Source: Thermoproteota archaeon
GTDB taxonomy: Archaea > Korarchaeota > Korarchaeia > Korarchaeales > Korarchaeaceae
Direction of reading: 5' to 3'
Length of the DNA: 32,908 bases
Assembly: GCA_027491415.1 (NCBI GenBank)
Contig: JAOZFH010000014.1
Location: forward strand, 1 to 32,908
Under the pieces are notes generated by a model. That model had not been told where the DNA came from. It saw only the letters and a program-made list of their open reading frames with translations, and did no database searches. The position numbers were made by a program, and so were the translations under genes. Positions 9,231-17,710 of the stretch are shown one piece after another; position 1 is the stretch's first letter; every line of letters starts with the position of its first letter.

Positions 9231-10348
9231 CCGCCTTCACCTCCCCCAGCCACGGCCTGCGCCTCCTGCGCCCTCTCCTGCTCTTCCTCAGCCCTGGCCT
9301 TAAGTATCTGCTCTAGGTAACCGACGCCGGAGACGTAGATTATTCGGGGCTCTCGAAGGTCCCTCGTGTAGGGTCTTATCGGGTGCCTCATCATGACGAA
9401 CCTCTTGACGGGCCCCGGCACGGACCCCGAGAGCAGAACGTAGTCGCTCCTAACCCTGCCGTAACCCCTGAAGCCGCCGCTGGGTGGGTTGAGGTCTGGA
9501 AACGCCTCCTCTACGAGCTCGCCCTCCTCGGAGTACTTTGCCAGTCCCATCAGCAGGACGCGCTTGTTGTACTCGGTCCTCTTGTGGTAGCCCGTCTGGC
9601 CGGCGCGAGGCACCCTCCACGTCACGTAGGGCGGGTGCCTAGAGCCGAGGCTGCCCACCCTCCACCTGCCCTTGCCAGCCTTGTGCCGCAGGAGTTCTAC
9701 GCCGAACCTCCTGACGACCCCCTGCCACCCGTGCCCCTTGGTGACCGCCGTGACGTCGATCAGCTGTCCCACCTTGAAGACATCAGATATCCTAACCACC
9801 GTGCCGACCATCTCCATGGCCCTGTCCAGCCGCTCCTGTACCGTGGACCCCTTCAGCGGTATCTCGAGGACCTCTGGCTTCTTCTTCGGCAGGGCGGCGA
9901 GCTTCGGTTGGGTGGCGACGATCAACCTGACTTCTCTGACCGACTCCCTGCCCTCCTCTATTCTCCTGGCGGCCGTGTCCTCGTTGGTCAGGACCCCCTC
10001 CCTCTTGCCAAGGGTCATCGACCTCCGAATCTCTCCGGTTATCTCGAACTTCAGGTAGGTGGTGAGGGGCTTCAGGCCGTAGGGCGTTCCCACGTAGGGC
10101 CTTACCCCTATCACCCTCACGGGAGGGGTCTCAACGACCGTCGAGGGGACGGCGATCTCCTGACCGGTGGTGGGCCTGCCCGGTCGATCCTCAACCATTA
10201 TGACGTGGGTCATGCCGGCTTTGTAGCCGGGAAAGCCGGCTAGGACGACCCCGCTCGATTCAATCTCTGGGTAGGAGCGGAAGACGGCCTTCTGAGTGGC
10301 TGCGCGCTTCCTAGGCCGGAAAGCCAGTGAACCGTGCCTCCTAGGCAT
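9227..10348 (-). CDS. rpl3: 50S ribosomal protein L3 (uL3)
   Basis: RHGSLAFRPRKRA, GYKAGMTH, AVTKGHGWQG, RAGQTGYHKRTEYNK, GSVPGP; ATG 10348 has GAGGGG SD. Confidence 0.98.
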   Translation of the reverse strand: MPRRHGSLAFRPRKRAATQKAVFRSYPEIESSGVVLAGFPGYKAGMTHVIMVEDRPGRPTTGQEIAVPSTVVETPPVRVIGVRPYVGTPYGLKPLTTYLKFEITGEIRRSMTLGKREGVLTNEDTAARRIEEGRESVREVRLIVATQPKLAALPKKKPEVLEIPLKGSTVQERLDRAMEMVGTVVRISDVFKVGQLIDVTAVTKGHGWQGVVRRFGVELLRHKAGKGRWRVGSLGSRHPPYVTWRVPRAGQTGYHKRTEYNKRVLLMGLAKYSEEGELVEEAFPDLNPPSGGFRGYGRVRSDYVLLSGSVPGPVKRFVMMRHPIRPYTRDLREPRIIYVSGVGYLEQILKARAEEEQERAQEAQAVAGGGEGG

Positions 10349-10412
10349 CTGTAGCACCCCTCATTTGATACGGGCCCAACCCCGTACAACTCTCGGCGCG
10401 ACCCCCGCCCCG

Positions 10413-10424
10413 GTTAATAAACTT
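10413..10424 (-). promoter_or_regulatory. TATA-like element for the L3 operon
   Basis: Minus-strand AAGTTTATTAAC about 65 nt upstream of rpl3. Confidence 0.5.
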
Positions 10425-10436
10425 TGGAATAGCCCC

Positions 10437-10865
10437 TCAGACATCCAAGATCACGCGGGCCACCCACTCTCCGCCTTCCTCGTACACCTCCATGCCGTGG
10501 TAGGTGACCGCCTTGATCTCGGTCACTGCCTCATGTCTCTCCGGGTCCACCGGCTCCCCATGCGCGGTGGCCTCGAGTAGGTACTCCCCGTCGCGGTCAT
10601 GAGAGATCTTGACGTCGAAATCGGAGAAGACAAGCCCTTCCGTGTCCGTTATGAAGAGCAGCTCTGACAGCCAGTCGTGCAGGAGTATCACCAGGTCCGG
10701 GGCATCAACTCGCACCGTCCTGAACTCCCTGGGGGAGACCCTCTCCAAGTTGAGCATGGACGCGTACATGGCCTTGGCAGCCTGCCTGAACAGCTCTTCA
10801 AGGCTCTCTCCCCTGGCCTCGAAGGCCACATCTGCGCCGTGCTCCAGGAACATGAAGTTTCCCAT
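10437..10865 (-). CDS. Archease (RtcB ligase cofactor)
   Basis: FLEHGADV, WLSELL, EIKAVTYH, C-terminal ILDV. Confidence 0.95.
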   Translation of the reverse strand: MGNFMFLEHGADVAFEARGESLEELFRQAAKAMYASMLNLERVSPREFRTVRVDAPDLVILLHDWLSELLFITDTEGLVFSDFDVKISHDRDGEYLLEATAHGEPVDPERHEAVTEIKAVTYHGMEVYEEGGEWVARVILDV

Positions 10866-10913
10866 AGGGCCACCTGAGCTGCGAGGGGGGATCGGCGATT
10901 TAACTGATCTCGG

Positions 10914-11765
10914 CTAGCCCCTAACCACCACGTACGCGTCTCCGATCCTAAGCGTCCTCTTGAAGGTTCTGGTCTCGGGTTCGAACACGCAGTACCTGTT
11001 TTCCTCCACTAAGACGCGGGAGATCAGGGCTCCGAGCTTTTCAGCGGAGAAGTCGGCTGTCTCGGCTGGGATCGGCCCAACGGTTATTGTGACGTTCACC
11101 CTTCCAAGTCCGACGCTCAGGGACTCCGCTACCAGGGGGTACTCACCTAAGTCCGCGGAGGCCTCCTCTCCAACTCCCAGGGTGAGCCTGTCGAGGCCTA
11201 TCACGTCCAACGCGACGGTCTCGTTCTGGTAGGTAACGTTCACCCAGCCTAAACCAACTGAACTGCCTTGCAGCACCGTGACCGTCGTCCTCAGGGTTAG
11301 TCCCTCCCCTCCCAGAGAGGCCGCCAGGTTCCGCAGCCTCGCCATATCCGACCGAGGGGCGCAGGATCCGATGAGCGCCGTGTAGGTCTCGTCGGTGGTG
11401 TTCAATATCCAGAGCACGTTGTACGGGAAGTTCTCGGATGGGATGACCGGCCTGAGTTCCTGGACCCCTGCGGCGGGAGCGGCCAGGTATAGGGCCAAGC
11501 CGCCCGCTGTGAGGTTGAGCGTCAGGGTCCATAGGAGGAAGTACGCGAGGAAGGACGTCATGAAGAACTCCCTGTACGCCTTGTAGACCCCCACCTCGGA
11601 GACGGCCCCCTTCTTCCAAGTCAAGAAGGCCGTTCCTGCCGCGATATCAGTGAAGAAGAAGAGCGTAAGACCCTCAGTAGCTGATAGGCCTATCAAGCCG
11701 GAGATGATGCCCGTAAGGGACGCCAGTGAGAGCTTGAGCCAGAACAGGGAGTCCTTGAGCGTCAT
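10914..11765 (-). CDS. Membrane protein: EMC6/Rab5ip-like 3-TM N-terminus plus about 195-aa beta-rich domain
   Basis: N-terminal pattern SLTGIISGLIGLSATEG...SFLAYFLLWTLTLNL; C-terminal part has N-x-T sequons. Confidence 0.6.
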   Translation of the reverse strand: MTLKDSLFWLKLSLASLTGIISGLIGLSATEGLTLFFFTDIAAGTAFLTWKKGAVSEVGVYKAYREFFMTSFLAYFLLWTLTLNLTAGGLALYLAAPAAGVQELRPVIPSENFPYNVLWILNTTDETYTALIGSCAPRSDMARLRNLAASLGGEGLTLRTTVTVLQGSSVGLGWVNVTYQNETVALDVIGLDRLTLGVGEEASADLGEYPLVAESLSVGLGRVNVTITVGPIPAETADFSAEKLGALISRVLVEENRYCVFEPETRTFKRTLRIGDAYVVVRG

Positions 11766-11830
11766 GCCTATCGGGACGTCCGCGGCCCGCCTCCGCTTTA
11801 AAGACGTAGACCCGGGGCGCCCGCGCGAAG

Positions 11831-13723
11831 ATGTCGGCCAGACTCAAGATGGCCGGAATAGAGCTCAGGTTCGTACTGCGAGAACTCGAGGAACTCCTCC
11901 CGCTGAGGGTGGAGAAGGTCTACCAGATGGCGGACTCCCTGTTCTCATTCAAGCTCGGTGGAGGGGCCAGAAGGGGCGAACTCATAGCGTGGCTCGGCGG
12001 CGCCCTTTACCTGAGCGGGTACGACTGGGTCAAGCCCAAGACCCCCACCCCCCTCGCGATGGGGCTCCGTAAGAGGCTGAAGGGCGCCAGGATAGTGGAG
12101 GTAGAGCAGCTGAAGCTGGAAAGGGTGGCCAGCCTGCGGTACGAGGGAGATTACTCCGGCTGGGTGCACGTCGAGCTGTTTGGCAGGGGCAACCTGGTGC
12201 TCACCGACGAGGAGGGGGTCATAGTTCAGCTGGCCAGGCCCCTAAAGGTCAGGGCCAGGGAACTCAAGAGGGGAGTCAGGTACGAGTATCCCCCGAGCGA
12301 CTCGGTGGACCCTGATGGGGTTGACGTGGGCGCCCTGATGAGAGAGATGGCGGCGCACCGCGACTCAGAGCTGTGGAGGTTCCTGACCTTCCGGATCGGG
12401 ATCGGCCCCCCCTACGCCGAGGAAGTGGCATTCTCGGCCGGCGCCGACCTGAGATCAAAGTTGGGCGAACAAGAGGACCTCTGGAAGCGAATTGCCTGTG
12501 CCTCCACGGACTTGATGGCCAAGTTGAGCGGGCCCGCGGAGCCCACCCTGTACAAGGAGGGAGACGTCTACGTAGACTTCTCCGCCTTCCCGCTCCGAGT
12601 TCTGGCGGAGAGATACGAGGCTGAGAGGTTCGGTGGCCAGCTGAATGCCGCGCTCGACGCGTACCTCACATCGAGGATAGTCGAGGAGGTCGCGAAGGAG
12701 CGGAGGCCCGCCACCCCCCCAGAGGGCCTGAGGAAGCAGATGGAACTGAAGACCAAGTACGAGGAGGAGGCGGCCAGACTGAGGGCGATGGCGGATGAAA
12801 TCTTCACCAAACTGGCGGAGGTCGAGTCCGTACTCCTGGAGGCCAGGAAGGGTCGGCTCGCCGAGGGGATCAGGCTGGACAGGGGGAGGGGCGTAGTCAT
12901 CCTCAGGCTATCCGCAGGCGAGGCAGAGCTTGACCTCAGGTTGTCCGCGGCGGAGAATGCCTCCAGACTGTACGCAAAGGCAAAGAAGCTGGAGCAGAAG
13001 GCCGCCAGGATTGAGGAGATCTTGAAGGACCTCGAGAGTCGGCTCACCCGACCGGAACCGGGGTATGAGGTCCAAGTCAGGAGGCGGAAGAGGAGGGCTT
13101 GGTACGAGAGGTTCAGGTGGTTCCCCTCGTCCGGCGGAATGCTCGTGGTGGCCGGGCTAGACGCGTCGACCAACAGGGAACTCGTGAGGCGCTACATGGA
13201 GCCTTCAGACCTGTTCTTCCACGTCGACATGCCTGGAGGCGCGGTCGTGATAGTGAAGACTGGAGGAGCCGAGGTTGACGAGGCCACGCTGAGGGAGGCG
13301 GCGTGCTACGCGGCCTCATACTCGCGGGCTTGGAGGGAAGGCCTGTCGCAGGCCGACGTGTTCTACGTTCGCGGGGAACAGGTCTCCACGCACGCGCCTC
13401 CCGGCATGTTCCTGCCAAAGGGTTCCTTCTACATAGTGGGGAAGAGAGGATACTTGAGAGGTGAGCTCAGGCTTGAGATAGGCCTAATGGAGAGAAAGGG
13501 GGAATACGAGCTAATCTCAAGGCCTCCTGGCGCCGGAGGAAACCTGGTGGTTGGATACGAGATCGCGCCCGGCGATCTCCCAAAGGATAGGGCCACAACA
13601 GTTTTAATCGAGAGCCTCAGGGATGCCGCAAGGAAGAGGGGAGTGCCCGCAGAGATCGAGGTGGAGGATCTCCAGAGGCTACTGCCCTCTGGCGGGGTCC
13701 GGATCGTGGCCCCGATCAGTTGA
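11831..13723 (+). CDS. rqc2: Rqc2/NEMF/RqcH (NFACT) ribosome quality control protein
   Basis: LRKRL.GARI, VELFGRGNLVL, coiled coil, WYERFRWF, FFHVDMPG, SRAW, LPKGSFYI.GKR. Confidence 0.93.
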   Translation: MSARLKMAGIELRFVLRELEELLPLRVEKVYQMADSLFSFKLGGGARRGELIAWLGGALYLSGYDWVKPKTPTPLAMGLRKRLKGARIVEVEQLKLERVASLRYEGDYSGWVHVELFGRGNLVLTDEEGVIVQLARPLKVRARELKRGVRYEYPPSDSVDPDGVDVGALMREMAAHRDSELWRFLTFRIGIGPPYAEEVAFSAGADLRSKLGEQEDLWKRIACASTDLMAKLSGPAEPTLYKEGDVYVDFSAFPLRVLAERYEAERFGGQLNAALDAYLTSRIVEEVAKERRPATPPEGLRKQMELKTKYEEEAARLRAMADEIFTKLAEVESVLLEARKGRLAEGIRLDRGRGVVILRLSAGEAELDLRLSAAENASRLYAKAKKLEQKAARIEEILKDLESRLTRPEPGYEVQVRRRKRRAWYERFRWFPSSGGMLVVAGLDASTNRELVRRYMEPSDLFFHVDMPGGAVVIVKTGGAEVDEATLREAACYAASYSRAWREGLSQADVFYVRGEQVSTHAPPGMFLPKGSFYIVGKRGYLRGELRLEIGLMERKGEYELISRPPGAGGNLVVGYEIAPGDLPKDRATTVLIESLRDAARKRGVPAEIEVEDLQRLLPSGGVRIVAPIS

Positions 13724-13739
13724 TGTGGGGGTTTGAGAG

Positions 13740-14234
13740 TTGAGGTGGGCGCTGGTACCGCCCCCCGAGGAAGACGCTTCCGAGGAGGGACTCAAGGTTA
13801 GCGAGGTCATGACGCCGAAGGTCATCGCGGTCGCGCCGGACGACAGCGTGGCTGAGGCCGCCAGGCTCATGAAGGAGCACGACATCGGATCCGTCGTGGT
13901 CATGGAGGGTGGCAAGCTCGTGGGCATCCTCACGGAGCGGGACATAATCACCCGCTTCGTGGCCAAGGAGGACGGTAGGAGGCCCGAAGATGTGAAGGTC
14001 AGGGAGATAATGACGAAGAACCCGATACTCATCAACGAGAACGAGGATCTGATCGAGGCGGCCCGGATCATGTCCGAAAAGAACGTCAGGCGGCTCATAG
14101 TGGTGAACAAGGCGGGTAAAGTTGCTGGGGTCATCTCGGCCAGGGACGTCGTTAGAGTGGCCCCCCACGTCGTGTTCATCCTGAGGGAGAGACTGAGGCT
14201 CGCTAATTCTTGGAAAGGCACATTCCCCGTCTGA
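13740..14234 (+). CDS. CBS-domain protein (one Bateman pair)
   Basis: VSEVMT, LVGILTERDI, VAGVISARDV; start uncertain. Confidence 0.9.
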   Translation: MRWALVPPPEEDASEEGLKVSEVMTPKVIAVAPDDSVAEAARLMKEHDIGSVVVMEGGKLVGILTERDIITRFVAKEDGRRPEDVKVREIMTKNPILINENEDLIEAARIMSEKNVRRLIVVNKAGKVAGVISARDVVRVAPHVVFILRERLRLANSWKGTFPV

Positions 14235-14251
14235 TTGAGGGGTGAGTCGAG

Positions 14252-15091
14252 TTGGTGGCCAAGGTCGGGGACTACATGACCACCGAGGTGGCCGCCGTCA
14301 CCCCACAAGACACCCTGGGAGCCGTGAAGAACGTAATGCTGGGGAGGAAGGTCAAGAGGGTCCTCGTAGTCGACGGCGAGAGGCCCGTGGGGATAGTGAC
14401 CGTGGACGACCTCGCCAAGGCGTGGGCCAAGAGGGGTCCTCCCTGGAGGTGGAGGAGCCCGGAGAACGCCAGCGTCAGCAGGTACATGACCAGGGACCTC
14501 GTGACCATATCTCCCCACTCGTCAATAGTGGAGGCGGCAAGGCTGATGCTGGAGAAGGGCATAAGCGGCCTGCCCGTCGTCGAGGGGGACCGCGTCGTTG
14601 GGATCATAACGAAGACCGACCTGCTCAGGTACTTCGCCAGAGAGCTGAAGGGCAGGTTCAAGGTGCAGGATCTCATGACGAGGGACGTCGTCACCGTCCG
14701 AGAGACGGACAGCGTGAAGAAGGCCGCCATGCTCATGAAGGAGAGGGGGATAAGCAGGCTGGTCGTGATCGGTCCAGACGGGCGGATCAGGGGAATACTC
14801 ACCGAGACGGACATAGCGTTCGTCGCCCCCGAGAGGACTGGGAAGTTCATCGTCATCGACACCGGAGTGGGGAGATCCAGCCGAGAGGTGAAGCTCGGAT
14901 CAGTTGGGGAGCTGATGAGCAACCCGGTTGTGACTGTTAGGCCGGACGCGGACGCCTCCAAGGCTGCCAGAGTTATGCTGGAATGGAGGATAAGCGGGCT
15001 CCCGGTCTCTCCAGACGGGGAGACCCTCGTGGGTATTATCACGAAGACCGACATCATCAGGGGGATCGTCATTGGGTCGCCTGCGGAGTAA
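14252..15091 (+). CDS. CBS-domain protein (four CBS motifs)
   Basis: Four GI(V/I/L)T..D motifs, ISGLPV twice; SD GAGGGGTGA. Confidence 0.92.
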   Translation: MVAKVGDYMTTEVAAVTPQDTLGAVKNVMLGRKVKRVLVVDGERPVGIVTVDDLAKAWAKRGPPWRWRSPENASVSRYMTRDLVTISPHSSIVEAARLMLEKGISGLPVVEGDRVVGIITKTDLLRYFARELKGRFKVQDLMTRDVVTVRETDSVKKAAMLMKERGISRLVVIGPDGRIRGILTETDIAFVAPERTGKFIVIDTGVGRSSREVKLGSVGELMSNPVVTVRPDADASKAARVMLEWRISGLPVSPDGETLVGIITKTDIIRGIVIGSPAE

Positions 15092-15875
15092 GCCCGTCGA
15101 GGACTTCATGAATCGGGACCCCATCTCCGTGAGCAAGGACGAGCAGATCGGGGTGGCCCTGGAGATAATGGAGAGGAGGGGCATCACCCACCTGCCCGTC
15201 CTCTCTGGGTCGAGAGTGGTGGGCGTAATAGCCGCCTGGGATCTCATGGAGGGCCTGGGGTCTGCCAGGCTCCAGAGAGTCGTCTCCCGGAGGGTATACG
15301 TGAGCTCGCTCATGACGGAGCCCGCGATAACGGTGAGCCCAAAGGACACCCTCGACAGAGCCATCTCGCTCTTCAAGGACCGAGACATAAGCTTCCTCCC
15401 CGTGGTGGACGGAGACGGGAACCTCCTCGGGACCCTCACGGAGACCGACCTCATGGGACTACTCTCAGATAGGTCCGACCCACCCGTGAGCGAGCTCATG
15501 ACCGTCAACTACCCCAGGACCCTCCCGATCGACCGCATAGTGCACGCAAGATCGAAGATGCTAGAGACGGGGGCCAGGGTTCTCCCCGTGGTTGACCAGG
15601 GGACCGTCGTCGGGCTCGTGACCGACTTCATCCTAGCGAAGGCGTTCATGGAGATCAGGGAGAAGATCGACCCCAAGAGGATGGATGCGGCCGTGAGAAG
15701 GATTCTCATCGAGGACGTGATGATGGAGAGCCCCCCTACACTAAGCCCGACCGATCGCGCGGGGCGGGCCGCCGAGGTTCTCTCAGGGCACGGTATTCCG
15801 GCCGTTCCGGTCGTGGAGAGAGACCTCTCTCTGACTGGGGTTATCGCTAGGAAGGCCCTGCTGGACTTGATCTGA
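15072..15875 (+). CDS. CBS-domain protein (four CBS motifs)
   Basis: ITHLPV, ISFLPVVD, LLGTLTETDL, VLPVVD, AVPVV. Confidence 0.9.
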   Translation: MGRLRSKPVEDFMNRDPISVSKDEQIGVALEIMERRGITHLPVLSGSRVVGVIAAWDLMEGLGSARLQRVVSRRVYVSSLMTEPAITVSPKDTLDRAISLFKDRDISFLPVVDGDGNLLGTLTETDLMGLLSDRSDPPVSELMTVNYPRTLPIDRIVHARSKMLETGARVLPVVDQGTVVGLVTDFILAKAFMEIREKIDPKRMDAAVRRILIEDVMMESPPTLSPTDRAGRAAEVLSGHGIPAVPVVERDLSLTGVIARKALLDLI

Positions 15876-15891
15876 CCCTGGCAGCGATCGC

Positions 15892-16740
15892 TCAAAGCAC
15901 GACCAGGTTGTCCAGGAGCATGGAGACCAGCCCGAGCATCATGGCGGACTTGAGGATTCCGCTCACCGCCCCCGCACTCTCTGGCGCGATTCCGACTGAT
16001 CTCCTGGCGGCCTCGAGGAGGATCGCGCCAGCCACAGTGGATCCCACGGCGTAGATCTTGCCGGTGAGGCCCATCGCTATGGGTGCGGCCGTCAGGGCAA
16101 TCGTAGTCAGGGTTAGGCCTATTATCACACGCCGCGTTGCCTCTACCCCGGCCGCTATGGGAAACGTCTTGAGACCCAGCGCGCTGTCTCCGGGTAGATC
16201 CTCCACCCCCTTAACAAGCTCTCTCGCCGTGTTTGAGGTGAACGCGATCAGAGAGAAGAGGATGACCTTCACCGGCAGGTCGCCGGCGGCCAGCGCTCCG
16301 TAGAGCAGGGTGCACGCCACGCCCAGACTGACCAGGAGGTTTCCAGGTAGGCCCGTGGCCTTTACTCTGGCGGCGTACAGGAGGTACGCAGCCGAGAAGG
16401 CCGCCGCCATTAGGCCCAGGGCGAGCCCCTGCAGAAACGCTATTGCGGTAGCCGTGAGCGAGAGGGAGGCGTAGGTCAGTATCGCCTCTGCCCTGCTGAC
16501 GACTCCGCTGGGTATCGGCCTCCACGGCTTGTTGATCCTGTCAATCTCCACGTCAAAGTAGTCGTTCACCGCATTGCCGGCCATGAGCACGAGAGGGGGG
16601 ACTATCGCCGCCAGGAGCAGGTCGCGCGAAACGTCCGCCCGGACGGTCGTCCACCCCACGATCGGACCTATCGCGGCCATGACTGCGTTCTTGGGGCGGA
16701 GCAGCCTGAGGAAACCCGCTAACCTTCGCGCGATTCGCAT
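15892..16740 (-). CDS. Digeranylgeranylglyceryl phosphate synthase (UbiA prenyltransferase family)
   Basis: LLRPKN, NDYFDVEIDRINKPWRPIPSG, RELVKGVEDLPGD; ATG 16740, upstream ORF extension is antisense to next gene. Confidence 0.9.
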   Translation of the reverse strand: MRIARRLAGFLRLLRPKNAVMAAIGPIVGWTTVRADVSRDLLLAAIVPPLVLMAGNAVNDYFDVEIDRINKPWRPIPSGVVSRAEAILTYASLSLTATAIAFLQGLALGLMAAAFSAAYLLYAARVKATGLPGNLLVSLGVACTLLYGALAAGDLPVKVILFSLIAFTSNTARELVKGVEDLPGDSALGLKTFPIAAGVEATRRVIIGLTLTTIALTAAPIAMGLTGKIYAVGSTVAGAILLEAARRSVGIAPESAGAVSGILKSAMMLGLVSMLLDNLVVL

Positions 16741-16762
16741 CGGACCCAGTCGGCTTCGCCAC

Positions 16763-16770
16763 TTTATATT
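16763..16770. promoter_or_regulatory. Shared TATA box about 22 nt from both divergent ATGs
   Basis: TTTATATT between ATG 16740 (-) and ATG 16793 (+). Confidence 0.65.
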
Positions 16771-16792
16771 GCCTGAGGGGACGCTCGCCGAG

Positions 16793-17710
16793 ATGCGGAA
16801 GGTGAGGGTGGGCGTCGTTGGATGCGGCTGGTTTGGCCGAGCCCACGCCCGCGTATACCGGACCCTTGCGGGGGTAGAACTCGTCGCGGTCTCCGACATT
16901 GACCTGCAGCTCGCGAGATCCGTCGCAGAGGGGTACGGGATAGAGGCGTATGGGTCCGCCGGGGAGATGGTGGAGCGCGCCGACTTGGACGCGGTGAGCG
17001 TTGTGGTCACCCCCCAGAAGCTTGTGGAGGCGGCCACCGAGGTGTTGGAGGCCGGGGCGCACGCTCTCGTGGAGAAGCCCGTGGCCACCTCGCTGAGCGA
17101 GCTCGAGGCCCTCCGATCCGCGGCCTCCAAGGCCGGGGCACTGGTGGTGCCCGGCTTCATAGAGCTGTTCAATCCGGGCTACAGGCTCCTCAAGAAGCTC
17201 GTCCAAGGGGGGGAGCTTGGGGACCTGTACGTGGTCTCCGGGAAGAGGATAGGAAGGTCCCCCAAGAGGCAGGTGAAGTGGCAGATCGGGGTCTCGCTGG
17301 ACCTGGGTGTGCACGAGGCCTACGTTCAACTCGACCTGTTAAACGAGGATCCAGAGAGTGTTTGGGCCTTCCGGCGCTCCGTACTTGGGAACGAGGCTGA
17401 AGACGTGGCGCTGTACATCATGGAGTATCCCAGCGGCGTGGTTGGGGTCATAGAGGCGAACTGGCTCACCCCCATCAGCTACCGCGCGGTCCGCGTCTCC
17501 GGGTCGAGGGGGAGCGCCGAGCTGGATTATCTGAGGCAGACTGTGATTCTGGACAGGTCAGACAGGTCCTCAATCCTCCGAACCAGGTGGTCTGAGCCAT
17601 TAGCCGAGGAGCTGGCGTACTTCGTTCAGCACGTCAGGGAGGGAAGGGAGCCCGACCTCAACCTAGACGCGGTGGAGAGGGTCCTCTCGCTGGTTCTCTC
17701 GGGGAGGTGA
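16793..17710 (+). CDS. Gfo/Idh/MocA NAD(P)-dependent oxidoreductase
   Basis: VGVVGCGWFG Rossmann motif, LVEKP, FNP, DLGVHE. Confidence 0.9.
   Translation: MRKVRVGVVGCGWFGRAHARVYRTLAGVELVAVSDIDLQLARSVAEGYGIEAYGSAGEMVERADLDAVSVVVTPQKLVEAATEVLEAGAHALVEKPVATSLSELEALRSAASKAGALVVPGFIELFNPGYRLLKKLVQGGELGDLYVVSGKRIGRSPKRQVKWQIGVSLDLGVHEAYVQLDLLNEDPESVWAFRRSVLGNEAEDVALYIMEYPSGVVGVIEANWLTPISYRAVRVSGSRGSAELDYLRQTVILDRSDRSSILRTRWSEPLAEELAYFVQHVREGREPDLNLDAVERVLSLVLSGR

Noticed and set aside
16574-17172. Apparent long N-terminal extensions and overlap of DGGGP synthase and the oxidoreductase
   Set aside because: Family motifs begin at ATG 16740 (-) and ATG 16793 (+) with a TATA between them, so the extensions are artefacts.
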